A stretch of 63,883 nucleotides of DNA, filler included, from Octopus bimaculoides (GCF_001194135.2; 4 parts of 4 records of this genome joined end to end with filler, not necessarily neighbours in it); one strand, 5' to 3'; positions 11,450 through 25,246 are shown, counted from the whole stretch's first letter. Made by a program: numbers and translations. Notes: generated by a model from the letters alone, not told the origin.

Positions 11450-11775
11450 ATGTAAATCAATGTAAAACTCTTTTGGTTTCAAAGCGAAGAACTCTAAAAC
11501 GTCAGTTTCGACCTCCTCCTGGCTTGCGAAAGTTATGTCCCCCAAATGATTCTGTACACTATGAAACAAATGGTAGTGTGAAGGAGCAAGGTCAGGAGAA
11601 TAAGGTAGATGAGGAATTTTTTCCCAACCAAGCTCTTCAATCTTCTGTGATGTGATCTTTGCAGTGTAGGGTCACACATTATCCTGATGAAACCACTCCT
11701 TTTCAATTGACCAAAGCATGTCTTTTTTTCTTCAAAGCTTGGTTCAAGCGTACTTCAAGTGACTGAAAGAAATTT
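11450..11775 (-). mobile_element. mariner transposase C-terminal remnant
   Basis: Manual translation gives ..HQDN....KITSQKIEELGWEKIPHLPYSPDLAPSHYHLFHSVQNHL..FASQEEVE, containing the mariner YSPDLAP motif. Confidence 0.9.
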
Positions 11776-12989
11776 AACAAAATCTGAGTTATCTATATGG
11801 TTTGGCAGGCTGATGCATAGGGTTTTAAAATCTAAGGGACCTCCAACCAATGTGTGTATATAATTCTAAGCATGAGAGTTGGGGAATGAGAGAGTCTTTG
11901 TACATGGAATAGCCTAGGTCCTGTCTTCATCTAAATCTGACACTGCATATGGGTGAAAAGGAAAAGCAAAGATAGGCTGTTCAATACTTTTGAATATCAA
12001 GACTGATCTTGGTCTAAACAACAACAACAACAACTGTATTTCTCTTGTAAGACATGGAGAAACATAATATGTTGGGAACGTATAAAGATAAAGCGATGGT
12101 AATGAATAGAAGAGAAGATATATTCAATATCTGATTCACAAAAGACTCTAGTCACAAACAAACGTCATAAAGGTATGAATTGAACAAGAGACAATAAACG
12201 ACACAAAGGAAACACAAATGTATAGAAAATCAATGAATGACACATCGCTCCCAACAGTTTGATACTTGTCTGAAGCATAAATAACATGGCCTCCTTAAAT
12301 CTCAAACTTCATATATTTCTGATAGTAGTCTTGATTTATTAAGTGAACTAAAATAAAATCACAAGGAAAAAATACTGTAAATTTTAATACTATATAATCA
12401 CAGGGGGAAAAAATATAATTAATAGTAATTAAAAATATCTTAATTTGTTTATTAACTGATAAGAACATGACTTAAATGCAATGACAGTGACAATACATAT
12501 ATGAAGAAAATAAATCGCATAATATTTAAAATACTTCACAAAATGCAAGTATGGCTATGTGATAAGAAGCTTCCTAAAATGGCTTATTGATGTGTTTTGA
12601 GAGTGGCTGATGCCCGTGCCAGTGGCACGTAAAAAGCACCATTTGAGAGTGGTTGATGCTCGTGCCGCGTGACTGGCACGAGCATCAACATAAACATCTT
12701 ACATAGTAGTGTGGCATTACATGTATATTATTTTTAATGTTGATGACTAAAACAAACATTCCAAACAATGCCACGAAGAAGCTCTGCCATAGCCTTGTGG
12801 TTCTCCTGTCAAATAACACAAGTTATAAAGGTATTTTTATAGCTACACGTAGCATTGACAGACTCTTCTTTGAGGTGGGTTACCAACATCATCCTGCTGA
12901 ATAATTGTGACTTCTTTTCTGTCTCTATATTCTCTGGTTTGAAGCTCAAACACACACACACCCAAATATGCACCCACATACATTGTTGG

Positions 12990-13345
12990 CACTCCGTCAC
13001 TTACGACGTCGAGGGTTCCAGTTGAACCGATCAACAGAACAGCCTGCTCGTGAAATTAACATGCAAGTGGCTGAGCACTCCACAGACATGTGTACCCTTA
13101 ACGTAGTTCTCGGGTATATTCAGCGTGACACANNNNNNNNNNTGTACCCTTAACGTAGTTCTCGGGTATATTCAGCGTGACACAGTGTGACAAGGCTGAC
13201 CCTTTGAATTACAGGCACAACAGAAACAGGAAGAAAGAGTGAGAGAAAGTAGTGGTGAAAGAGTACAGCAGGGTTCGCCACCATCCCCTGTCGGAGCCCT
13301 GTGGAGCTTTAAGTGTTTTCGCTCAATAAACATTCACAACGCCCA
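12990..13345 (-). mobile_element. SINE family C (lacking most of the tRNA head)
   Basis: Reverse complement of the 2545-2870 sequence. Contains a small gap with duplicated flanks. Confidence 0.8.
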
Positions 13346-14225
13346 CATACCATACACACATTTGAAAAGGGTTGTAGTTACTATCTTTCCTCCTGGATTC
13401 TTTTAATTGATTCCGCTTAATAGCAAGCATTTGGCTACATCGCTTGTTTGAGATTAACTCTCTTTCCTTCCTTCATCTCTCATGGAATCCCTGAAAATAA
13501 TTGTAGGAACTGCTCTTCCTCTCTCTACAAAGAAAAAAAGACAGAGAAAGTACAACACATCCACTAGCAATTTTTGAGAAAATGTATCTATTACTTGCCA
13601 GGTAAACATATTGGCAATTCAATTTCAAAAAGCCTGTCATTCAATCTAGGTACTATAAAGTGCTTTTTCCTATTTTAATTGTTCTTTTATCTGTATGAGG
13701 TAATTTGCCAGTCACTTAGCAGTAGCAGGATAGGTCATTTAGTAGCTTTACCTTTAATTCTTAATTAATTCATAAGATTTACAGGTAGATGAATATGAAG
13801 AATATTGAAAAAGGACCAGAAAATAATTCATATTCTATTACTGTCAGTAACCACACTGACCAGCCTCAACTAACAAAGGAGCTTCTATGTGGTCAAAGGA
13901 CCTACTAGAAACAGGTGTAAAATATCTCAGTCAACCAAGATAAAAATAAATAAAATACAACAATGGTGATTAAAAAGGATAAATATTTTGAAAATAAGGA
14001 AGTGACATGTGTTTGTTGTCACATACATACATACATACATGTATATATTTATATATATATATATATATATGTAAGTATGTGTGTCTGGATATATATATAC
14101 ACATATATATACATATACATATATATATATACATATATATACATATATATATATATATACACATATATATATATATATATATATATACTCACACCCACAC
14201 ACATATATATATACATATACATATC

Positions 14226-14330
14226 ATCATCATCATCATCATCATCGTTTAACGTCCGCTTTCCATGCTAGCATGGGTTGGACGATTTGACTGAGGACTG
14301 GTGCAACCGGATGGCTACACCAGGCGCCAA
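14226..14330 (-). mobile_element. Family D repeat, 3' end with (GAT)n tail (RTE-like)
   Basis: catcatcatcgtttaacgtccgctttccatgctagcatgggttggacg; related to 25880, 57316 and 61426. Confidence 0.65.
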
Positions 14331-14816
14331 TATATATATATATATCTGACTAATGATATTGAAATGTTGTTAAACTGCTGTTTCTGTTGTTATTGATGTT
14401 ATTGATATTCTCCTTGCATCTGTTTATAGTTGTAATGTTGTTGCTCTGTGTATTGCGTCTTGTATAATTCAACTGAATAGAGATGAAGATTCACCTGTCA
14501 GTTTTACACTGGTTTATACAATGATAATCACAATTAAATGTTTGTAAGTCTGTGTCGAGTTATTGTGGGGATATAGTGGGAGTGACGTGACGTTCAGGTG
14601 ATAGTGTGATGGATGTGATGATAGCTGTAGTAGCAGTGGTGGTGATAGTTGTAGTGGTGATGGCTGTGGTAGAAGTTGTGGTGATGGTTGTAGTAGTGGG
14701 TGGTAGTGGCGATGGCGGTGATGGTTGTGGTTCACTTTTATTAAAGGTTTGAGTCATAGGTCGGAGGAAAGAATGTTCAACTGTCAAAAAATAAGCAGAT
14801 ATTCAAACACAGACAC

Positions 14817-15150
14817 AGGCATGGCTGTGTGGTAAGCAGTTTTCTTCCCAACCACATGGTTCTGGGTTCAGTCTCACTATGTGGCAGCTTGAGCAAGTGT
14901 CTTTTACTATAGCCCTGGGCCAACCAAAGTTTTGTGAGTGGATTTGGCAGCCTGTTGAATGTGTGTGTGTGAGTTTGTCCACCGTTCGATGGTTAGTGTT
15001 GGTTTGTTGACATCTCTGTAACTTAGTCGTTCAGCATAAGAAACCAACAGAATAAGTTGTGCACAGGAAGGATTTGTTCATTCAACTAAAACCCTGCAAG
15101 GCAGTGCTCCAGTATGACTGCAGTCCAATGACTGAAGCAAGTAGAAGATA
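14817..15150 (+). mobile_element. SINE family A (tRNA head, ccttgggcaag core, internal microsatellite)
   Basis: ggctgtgtggtaag..ggttcagtc head and ..gcagtccaatgactgaa tail shared with the other copies. Confidence 0.8.
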
Positions 15151-18100
15151 CAAGATATGCATAAGTAAAAACTAAGGAAAATATGGTATTTTGTCTGTGT
15201 AACAAGAAATAGATAAAAATAAAGAAGTCTCTTTAGAAAAGAAACAAAGCAAAGTGTAGAATAATGTTTTATTATAATTCATGTATAGTTAAAAGTACAA
15301 GAACAAAATTTTGGACAGAATAAGTTCAACTCACATCCAGAACAATCCTTTAAGAAAAAAAACTCAAAATTTATTCAAGTATTTGGGTGAGAGAGTGTGT
15401 TAAATTTTAGTAAATAATTTTCTCATCACACGTAGATTGTCAGTTCCAGGTTTATAAAGACTTATTATGTTTGAGTATTTGCTCTTCAATATATCACAAG
15501 AGTTTTCATCATCACCAGAATGTTATAGGAATTGTTTGAGAGATTTTATTCAGGAAGCAATATGGCTTGTACTTGGATTCATTACAGAGTTTTTTTAAGA
15601 AGAACAGAAATTATAGGGTCTGTGGTTTATGCCAGTCTTAGGAGAGTCATTCCACGGTTATTTTTTGGAGTTTACTATAGAGTAGAAGAGATATAAATGA
15701 AGTAGGGCTTTGGTGTTGTTAACAAAATCATTATGGCCCAAAACCACAGAGGTTGAATTTATAATATGAACCAATGGGATTAAAGGAAGCTAAAAATCTC
15801 CTAAAAGAAAAAAAACTGGTAAATTTTGCAATGCACCACTGTGCATTCTATTTTTAACGTCTTACAGCGAGATCGACAGGGTTCATAACAGCTAAGAGCC
15901 TTAAAGATGAACACAGAACAGCAAAAGTAACAGGATTCAGGTCAATTATTTAGCTGATAGCCTCTTTTGTTTGTCCAACTCAGCAAACCCCTTCTTTTGT
16001 TTAAGGGTGTAAAGAATATGATGAATATAGTGAAATGAAATGGCTACAACTGGAAATTGAAACCATCTTGTTGCAGTTTCAGTTTGTTGGGAGAACTTGC
16101 AGCACTTGTCAATGTGGTTTGTATTAACATGTCTGAGCTTTCATTTTCACAGTAACAGCAACCACTAAAAACCAACAGGATGTACAAAGAAACCTCTACA
16201 AGCCAAAAGGTGACAATGTCATCACATACATAAACAGGGAACCACAACAACATATAGCAGTTTAATTCACTCAAACACTATCACTGATCCCAGTAGAACT
16301 ATAACTCACCTGCCACCACATGGACATCTTCCTTATAACCTAAAGCTGGCTCATTTTACAAATACAAAATCCACCCCTCTAAGATAACTGGTCTGACATA
16401 ACACAGAGGTACCTCTAACAGCTAAAAGCTATTCTGTTAACACAAATTATACTGAACATTACAGTGAAAATGCTGGTCCATCATCACTTAATACAGATAG
16501 GAATATGTTGAAATTATCTTGTTTATCATTTCAACAGAAACCTTTCTAACTTTTATCTTTTAATATCATATATCATGTACATACGTGATGACCATTAACA
16601 AACCAACAACTGAGAAGTTATATTTTGTACTACTTCTATCATATCAGAGGAGAAAGGACAATATCCAAGACCTTTTCAGGATTTCCAAGAATGGTAAGGA
16701 AAAGAGACTGGAAACCTCAACAGATGAACATCATGTTTAGAACAAAGCATAAGCAAATATTCTAAAGCTACTGAAGATACAGGTGTTGGTGTAAAACTGA
16801 GTAGTAGATTGGGTCTATCACTAAAGAACTGATATTTTCCTTCCAACAAACTGCTACACCAGTGGCTATGGTAAAAAGATACCCAAACAAAGAGCTGGGC
16901 TATGGGACAGACCCTAAGCTATGTAATTTCAAAACAAACTTCTTAACCACACGGCCATGCCTACATCTATTCATAATCACATAGCTATGCTTGTGACTGA
17001 TTCACTACCGATAAATGGTTAGAATTTCATCATACACACCTCAGAAACCCATTCCTAGAAAGCATTGAATGTCAGTAGACATTACTCCTTCACTGTGGTC
17101 AGTGCCAAAAATACCCAAACAATAACAAGATAAGATACGATTGATAGTTTAGAAGAGATTATTTAACTCTGTTCTAAACTGTGAAGAATTCATTTTGAAA
17201 TATCAAAATAATTAGATAAAAACAGAAAGAATCAAAATACAAAACAGGACACATTATTTGCATATAGACCATCATCATTTTCTGTTCACCTTTTGTGATG
17301 ACATAGGTTAGACAGGTCATCATAATTAAAATCAGCAGATATTTGGGAGTACTGCTCACCTAGATGGTTTAGGGAATCTTGTCTCACTCATGTTTCATTT
17401 TTGGCAAGGTTTCTAAGGTTGGATGTCCTTTCAAATACCACACACATAGATTTATTTATAAAGGACACATACATGCTTCCTCTCTCTCTCTCTCTCTCTC
17501 ACACACATAAGGAAACATGCTGCTAGAGTATTTTAGGGCATAAGACATACATTCGAATCTGTAGTTAAAAGTTTACATGTATAATTAGTTGCTCACAGTA
17601 GAAATTTGTTTTTCCCTCAATTAACCATTAAGAACATTTGGGAAATAATGTTTCCAGTTATTTGTTGATTACATCTGACATTTGTCAAGCATGTATACAC
17701 ACATGTACACATGTGTGTATACAACTACACACACACTGTTGGAAGGCATGCTACTGCCTTAGTTTTTGTCTGAGAAAATCTCTTCGTAGACATGCTGTGT
17801 TAAAAAAACAATACATGTAAGAGTGAGGTTAAGATTGTTCCAGAAATGACCCATAACAATATCAGATGCTTTTCCATTTCAGCTTCCTTGGTCCTTGTCA
17901 GTGACATGTATTGGCTAGTCTTATGTCTCAATAAAATTTGTCCCCTCAAGCCTGATAATGTACAAGGACAAAGAGAGATAAATTGAGACTTTTGTCAAAT
18001 ATTGTAAATAGAACAAATCAACTGGGCAAATCAACTGGAAGATCTTAATTTAGTTTTATAATGCTGCATTGATAGCCTTTTCCCTTACTTTCCTTTTGCT

Positions 18101-19204
18101 TGCTGCTACTATGGTCATGTAGCTTTGTAATTAGTGTATTAACTTTCAATACTTTGTTTATTTACAACTGAATAGAACTCAAAACAATGGAATGAATTTT
18201 ATGCTTGTGTGTCATAGTCACTGACTCAGCATAGTGCTTTTAGTATAATACAAACTGTTAGCTATTCAGATGGTAGACCAACACTTATTAACTCAGCAAA
18301 ACTTCAACATTCTCACAGAGAGAGAGAGAATGTATGTGTGTGTGTTGAGCAAAGCACAATCTTACATGTTACTAATGTGTGAAAACATTAAAACGCTCAA
18401 TATTTATTTGTAGAGAAATTTCAGATTTACTATATGCATGATAATATCTAAAATTCCAACAACAGCATAATTATTATATATATATATATATATATNNNNN
18501 NNNNNNNNNNNNNNNNNNNNNNNNNNNNNNNNNNNNNNNNNNNNNNNNNNNNNNNNNNNNNNNNNNNNNNNNNNNNNNNNNNNNNNNNNNNNNNNNNNNN
18601 NNNNNNNNNNNNNNNNNNNNNNNNNNNNNNNNNNNNNNNNNNNNNNNNNNNNNNNNNNNNNNNNNNNNNNNNNNNNNNNNNNNNNNNNNNNNNNNNNNNN
18701 NNNNNNNNNNNNNNNNNNNNNNNNNNNNNNNNNNNNNNNNNNNNNNNNNNNNNNNNNNNNNNNNNNNNNNNNNNNNNNNNNNNNNNNNNNNNNNNNNNNN
18801 NNNNNNNNNNNNNNNNNNNNNNNNNNNNNNNNNNNNNNNNNNNNNNNNNNNNNNNNNNNNNNNNNNNNNNNNNNNNNNNNNNNNNNNNNNNNNNNNNNNN
18901 NNNNNNNNNNNNNNNNNNNNNNNNNNNNNNNNNNNNNNNNNNNNNNNNNNNNNNNNATATATACATTAATTGAGACTAACAGTACAGGGCAACACCTACA
19001 TTTCACAAATAAAAGCAAAATTAATAAATATGTACTGGTAGGTATAATTATTCATTGGTACACAGCTGGTGATTTGTTCCATCTATACACATGTTAACTC
19101 AAAAATTCTTTATGTTTGAACAAGCATGTAGAGTAGGAAACACCAGGTAGCAATGGAGTGAAATGCCAGTTGTGTGTATGTATTTATAAAATGTATATGT
19201 ATAA

Positions 19205-19352
19205 AAGTATGGCTGTGTGGTAAGAAGCTTGCTTTCCAACCACATGGTTCCAGGTTCAGTCCCACTGTGTAGCACTTTTGGCAAGAATCTTCTACTATAG
19301 CCTCAGGCCAACCAAAGCCTTTTGAGTGAATTTGGTAAATGGAAACTTTAAG
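19205..19352 (+). mobile_element. SINE family A, 5' half
   Basis: Head and core match 26299-26460. Confidence 0.8.
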
Positions 19353-19374
19353 AAGCCCATCATATATATATATA

Positions 19375-19442
19375 GGCGATGGCCGAAATACCACTATGCA
19401 TTTCATCCAGCATGCTAACAATTCTGTTAGCTCGCCACCATT

Positions 19443-19481
<39 letters not shown>

Positions 19482-19780
19482 GTAATTTTAATATAAGGCT
19501 AGTAATTTTGAGAGGAGTGGGTGTGTTGATTACATTGGTCCCAGTATGGTATAATGGCTTCAAATTATGGCACAAGGCCATGAAGATTTTTTGGGGGGTG
19601 GGGGAAGTAAGTTGATAATATATTGACCCCAGTATTCAACTGGTACTTATTTTACTATCCCTGAAAAGATGACAGGCAAAGTTGACCTTGGTGGAATATG
19701 ATTCCAGAATGTAAAAACAAATCAAATGCTGCTAAGCATTTTGCCTGACATGCTAACAGTTTTGCCAGCTAGCCACCTTT

Positions 19781-19824
<44 letters not shown>

Positions 19825-20015
19825 CCTTTCTACTATAGTCACAAGGGGCCTGAAATTTTTTTTTTGGGGGGGGGGATAGTTGATTACATTGACCTCAATA
19901 CTTAAATGGTACTTATTTTATCAATCCAAAAGAATGAAAGACAAAGTCAACCTTGGCAGAATCTGAATTAAGCATTTACCCCAGCATACTAAGGATTCTG
20001 CCAGCTCGATCCCTT
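19375..20015 (-). mobile_element. Chain of family-B SINE copies separated by (TAA)n arrays
   Basis: Head fragment ending at about 19440; copies at about 19490-19780 and 19825-20015; TAA tracts at about 19445-19480 and 19785-19823. Confidence 0.75.
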
Positions 20016-20039
20016 AATAATATTAATAACAAGAGCACT

Positions 20040-20320
20040 CTGAGAGTGCAAACCTCCGCCAAAGCAACATCAACGTCCTCTCAACGATTAGCCAGAAATG
20101 ATTTTTAAAGTGAGAATATCTGAAATAAACTTGACTGTTCTCACAAATGCGAATACTAAAAATGAACCTGACTGCTCTCAAAAATTGAATAAAAAAAACA
20201 GGAAAAATAATCCAGAATCCTTGTCTGGGACCGGATCGATCCTAAAATCTAATCAGTTCATGCCAGTCACGAGGCCAAACATCCCTGAATTTTCATCTGG
20301 AAGATACAGAGATTATTAAA
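20040..20320. repeat. Unclassified interspersed repeat
   Basis: A distinct block (ccagaatccttgtctgggaccggatcgatcctaaaatctaatcag) that I recall as a recurrent cephalopod repeat. No second copy in this window. Confidence 0.3.
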
Positions 20321-20380
20321 TGTGCACTTGCATTTAAGTCCTTTGTTGATGGGATAGACTTTTCTAAATACTGTCTCCCC

Positions 20381-21400
20381 AACATGATTGCTATGGATGA
20401 AACTGTTCATGGACCAAGGATCTCAATCGACAATTGATCAAAGGGGTGTGTTGTCAAGTTACATTCCCACCACTAGTTATGAAAGTGCACAAGTTACATG
20501 TATTTTGACAATTCGTCTCGATGGAAGTAAAGCCCCCACCTCTTATCATTACTAAAGTTAGGAAGGATAAAATTGAGTGTATTTCAGGTTCTGGAAACTG
20601 AAAAAGCAAGGCGCACAGAAGCAGTTTTAAGAAAGTGGATCAATTTCATGCTGCCATTTATTTTACAAGGAGACCAATGAGGTCTGATAGTCTGGGATTC
20701 GGCCAGCATGCACTGCACAAAAGGCATGAAGAACTTCCTTGCAGAAAGAAGAATAAATCAAATCATGATTCCCACAGGAATGACTGCCTATCTTCGGACT
20801 CTTGACATTGCATTAAATAAACCATCCAAAGACCATTTATGCATGGAAATCAATGACTACATTGAAAACAGAATGGTGAGTAATCAGTGTGGGAATTTTG
20901 TGAAACCCAGCCTGCAAGAGATTATGACATGGAACAAAATCACAGACAGCTGTGTTGCCAATGCGCTACGAGCAGGCTGCCTGGACAAGAACTTCTCATT
21001 CAATGAGACCGTAATTGCTCAACATGAGAGATTGGAGACGAAAGTTCTGCAGGAAATGGAGTCACACAAAAACTCCGCAGGAATTTCGGAATGTGATGAT
21101 TTGCAGAACAACATTCCAGAGGAAGATGACATGACTGTTTTTGAATAAATTGTTGTTAATGAGTTTCAGAGTAGAAGAACATGTAAATCGTCAAATAAAT
21201 GTAGATTGTATTTCATAATTTCAGTTTAATTAATTTCTGTCGTAAAAAAATCGTCATTTTTCGTAATTTCATAACTTTCCATCATTTCGTAATGTTGTTT
21301 TACTGTACATGAAAAAAATATAAGCTCCCTTGAAAATAACCACTAGTGCGTCTTTTTGGAGTGAAAATTAATATAAGCCGTCTTATTTTCGGGGAAACAT
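20381..21400 (+). mobile_element. pogo/Tigger-like DDE_1 transposase remnant with 3' TIR
   Basis: MIAMDET, LIVWDSASMH..KNFLAERRINQIMIPTGMTAYLRTLDIALNKPSKDHL (pogo-type QPLD..NKPFK equivalent). The end tattttcggggaaaca resembles pogo TIRs. Confidence 0.85.
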
Positions 21401-21627
21401 GAATATATATATAAGTGTGGGTGTGTATATATTTGAAAAAATGAGTAGAGATGGCATTTTTGTGGAGATAATTTTTATTTTAATAATGTTTACAGCGAGT
21501 TATTCTGTTTATGAGTTTCAAGCTTCACATAGCCCTTAAAATAGTACAATATATTAAAAAAATACAAAAGCACATGTGAAGAGGAAGATATGTGTATATA
21601 TATATACATATACACATGTATGTGTGT

Positions 21628-21855
21628 TATTTCTTTACTACCCACAAGGAGCTACACACAGAGGGGACAAACAAGGACAGACAAACGGATTAAGTCGATT
21701 ATACCGACCCCAGTGCGTAACTGGTACTTATTTAATCGACCCCGAAAGGATGAAAGGCAAAGTCGACCTCGGCGGAATTTGAACTCAGAACGTAGCGGCA
21801 GACGAAATACCGCTAAGCATTTCGCCCGGCGTGCTAACGTTTCTGCCAGCTCGCC
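21628..21855 (-). mobile_element. SINE family B, young full-length copy
   Basis: Nearly identical to the reverse complement of 62361-62594. Confidence 0.9.
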
Positions 21856-23301
21856 GTATGTGTGTATGTAGGTATGTGTGTGGGTATATGTGGTGTAGAT
21901 GTGTATATATATGTGTATATGCATGCATACATTTGTATTTTTGCTTGTATGTGTGAATACATATATGTAAGTGTGTGTATATATATGTGAGTGTATATAT
22001 GTATGTATATATATACATGTGTGTGTGTGTGTATATATAAATACATGATGCTTGTATGAATGTATGCATGGGAGTGTATGTGGTGGAGATGTGTATATAT
22101 GTATGCATATGCATATATTTGTATGTATATGTGGGTGTATGTGTGTGTATATATATATATATATACACGCACACATACACATATATACACCCACAAGTTT
22201 TTTTTATTCTCTCTGTTTATTTTCTCATGTTCCTTTCCATTGAAGAGCATATGCTCAAAATGTAAAAAACTTTCTCACCTTCCTGAGCATCAGACTAACA
22301 TACCTGCTTGTTGTTTATACACCCGTCTTCATCTTTTGTTTTTCTGTAAATTTCAACTATATATATATATATATTAATTTCTTCCATTACGTCATACACA
22401 CACACACACACACACAAACACACTAACAGATAAACCACCAAACCATGCACACACACACACATACATACGCACACACACGTTCTGTTATCACACACACTCG
22501 CAGACTTTCGCACGCGCACCGATATTCATCTCCCTTTTTCACTCTCCTATCTTAGAAAGAACTTTTCCCCCACCACCTCCTCTTCCGGTCTTTTCATCAT
22601 GTAACCTCGTGGGCATCGGTACCATTTTCCTCTTTCTNNNNNNNNNNNNNNNNNNNNNNNNNNNNNNNNNNNNNNNNNNNNNNNNNNNNNNNNNNNNNNN
22701 NNNNNNNNNNNNNNNNNNNNNNNNNNNNNNNNNNNNNNNNNNNNNNNNNNNNNNNNNNNNNNNNNNNNNNNNNNNNNNNNNNNNNNNNNNNNNNNNNNNN
22801 NNNNNNNNNNNNNNNNNNNNNNNNNNNNNNNNNNNNNNNNNNNNNNNNNNNNNNNNNNNNNNNNNNNNNNNNNNNNNNNNNNNNNNNNNNNNNNNNNNNN
22901 NNNNNNNNNNNNNNNNNNNNNNNNNNNNNNNNNNNNNNNNNNNNNNNNNNNNNNNNNNNNNNNNNNNNNNNNNNNNNNNNNNNNNNNNNNNNNNNNNNNN
23001 NNNNNNNNNNNNNNNNNNNNNNNNNNNNNNNNNNNNNNNNNNNNNNNNNNNNNNNNNNNNNNNNCTTTCTTCTTTTTATGCACACATGCTTTTGTATTTT
23101 TTACTATCTATTTTTTTTGCTATTTAAACAACCAGCAAAACACACATTTTTTTTAGTTTGATAGCTTGAAACTCATAAAGAGAGTAACTCACTGTAAACA
23201 TTATTATTAAAATTATTCCCACAAAAATACCCTCTCTACTCATTTTCTCAAATATATAATACTGTGCCAAGAACTTTCTTTTTATTATTCTACTCTCTCT
23301 C

Positions 23302-23359
<58 letters not shown>

Positions 23360-24464
23360 GCATGTATGCATATATAAATATACACTATACATGTTGCATG
23401 GTGTGCATATATTTTAAATAAAAAATATTGTTTATTTTTTAATTTTTTTTCTACTGCACGGTGGAACAAATAGAAAAACAAAAACAAAACAGAAGGCAAA
23501 AAAATACCCCAAGGAATAATAAATTAGTGGGAGTTTCTTGATCAGAACCCCTGATGATTAGATGATCAGCCCTATTGATTTCAGCAAAATTCAGAAATGT
23601 TCTTGCATTTCCAAGAGTGGCCTTAGCCAAATTATGTGGAGTGAATTGGAGTGAAGTATTGTGAAATAACTACAACAGAAGATTTTGAAAGAATAAAAAA
23701 AAAAGAACAACAAAATTTTGACACAAGCCCTATTAAACTGGAGCTTACTTCCTGCTCTACTGTGCTCAACAAACACAGACCATTCACACACAGATGGATA
23801 GACTAACAAACACATACAGAAAAGGACACACTACACTCATAGATGAACGCACACACAACACACAGATCACATTTTTTTACCATTTATTCAGGAGGAATGA
23901 CAGTGCCTGTGATCCTTTTTAGGGCTCCTGGTACTGGTAGGATGTTTTCCTTAAACTATGTACCCATCCTGAATACTTACAACAGAGTCTGCCAAAGACA
24001 ACGAAAGGGCCAGATGGTTGGGTCAGACTAGGTGACAGATTAGGTCTACTACATATACATGTCCACAGATGAACACACTATACACACAGATGGACAGATA
24101 TACACACACACACGGATGTCCTATACATACAGATAGATGCCTAATACACAAAGATGTCTAATACACACACACACACAGATGGGTATCTTACATGCTATAC
24201 ACACATCTTGCTACATATTAATGTCTACAACAGTGCCATGTACATTAGTCCTATATCATAGCTGCTAGAAAGACGAGGGTCTGAAAGGTTTAAGCTCTTT
24301 GACAATCTTCACAGAGACACTGCCAATAGCTGTGATGTGTAAATGGCAGAGGAAAGAACCAAAAGAGCTTCCAGACCAGTTGTAATTAAGCAGATCAAAG
24401 AGTCAAAGACATTTCAGCAGTGATCAAATCATTTTTTTTTCCAGCCTTACTATGTTATGTAAAG

Positions 24465-24605
24465 GCATGTGGCCTAGTGGTTAGGGTGTTCAATTTGCAC
24501 TCGTGGGGGTTGTGGGTTCAACTCCTGAACCAAGTGTTGAATCCTTGATCAAAGGACTTCGTTTCACATTGCTCTAGTTTAAGCAGCTGAAAAATGAGTA
24601 CTAGT
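24465..24605 (+). mobile_element. Degenerate tRNA-headed SINE (other family)
   Basis: ggcatgtggcctagtggttagg (A box) ... ggttcaactcc (B box), then a core-like cacattgctctagt..aatgagta. Confidence 0.5.
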
Positions 24606-25001
24606 TGAGTGCTGGTGCAGCGTTCTCTCATTGTCCCCCACCCTCCACCGTCATATCCTGTGTGTGCCACTTGGGCAAATGGTGGGAGAAATGAGAGGGC
24701 ATCTAACTTTGCACATGACTACACAGGAACCTAAAAAAAAACAACAAAAGCATGGTACATGTTATCAAGGTGTAGGCATTTGTAAATTAAGGCTGGTTCT
24801 AATAGTATGTCTAATAATATATTTATTAAGCTTGTATTTACCTTAAAAAAAAAAAAAGTAATGTATAGGGACATTTGGGTGCTATTTCTAGCAGGCAGAG
24901 TGACAAAAAAACACTACTCCTAATTGGTTTATCCATACATATTCATATAGGTACACACACACATCACTGACCACGACATTAACATTTTTTTTCTCCTTAT
25001 T

Positions 25002-25038
25002 TCTTTCTGTTGAAGAGCGTAGCTCGAAACGTCAAAGA
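25002..25038 (+). ncRNA. Minimal type-I hammerhead motif (A6U variant) in a pLTR-like repeat
   Basis: tcttt CTGTTGA a gagc-gta-gctc GAAAC GTC|aaaga. Stem I tcttt/aaaga and stem II gagc/gctc pair perfectly; stem III is palindromic (acgt). Confidence 0.65.
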
Positions 25039-25212
25039 CTTTCTCTATTCCCGAGTGTTAAACTAATACATCCTTTTGTTGTTTACACCACCTGTCCTCG
25101 TCTGTTGTTGTTTTTTCTTAAATTCTGCTATATATATATATATATACGTAAAAAAATATATATAAAGGAGACCACTAGGTGGACTGCTAATGTGCTTGAA
25201 GAAGATCACATG

Positions 25213-25246
<34 letters not shown>

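Noticed and set aside
11400-11655. Good-looking acceptor at 11432 and a 60-aa plus-strand ORF
   Set aside because: This is the antisense strand of the mariner remnant.
13083-13185. Tandem duplication inside SINE C
   Set aside because: The duplicated sequence flanks a 10-N gap, consistent with a contig-overlap artefact.
13927-14290. YIYI/HTHT/CVCV ORFs here and throughout the window
   Set aside because: Translations of (AT)n, (AC)n and (GATA)n microsatellites.
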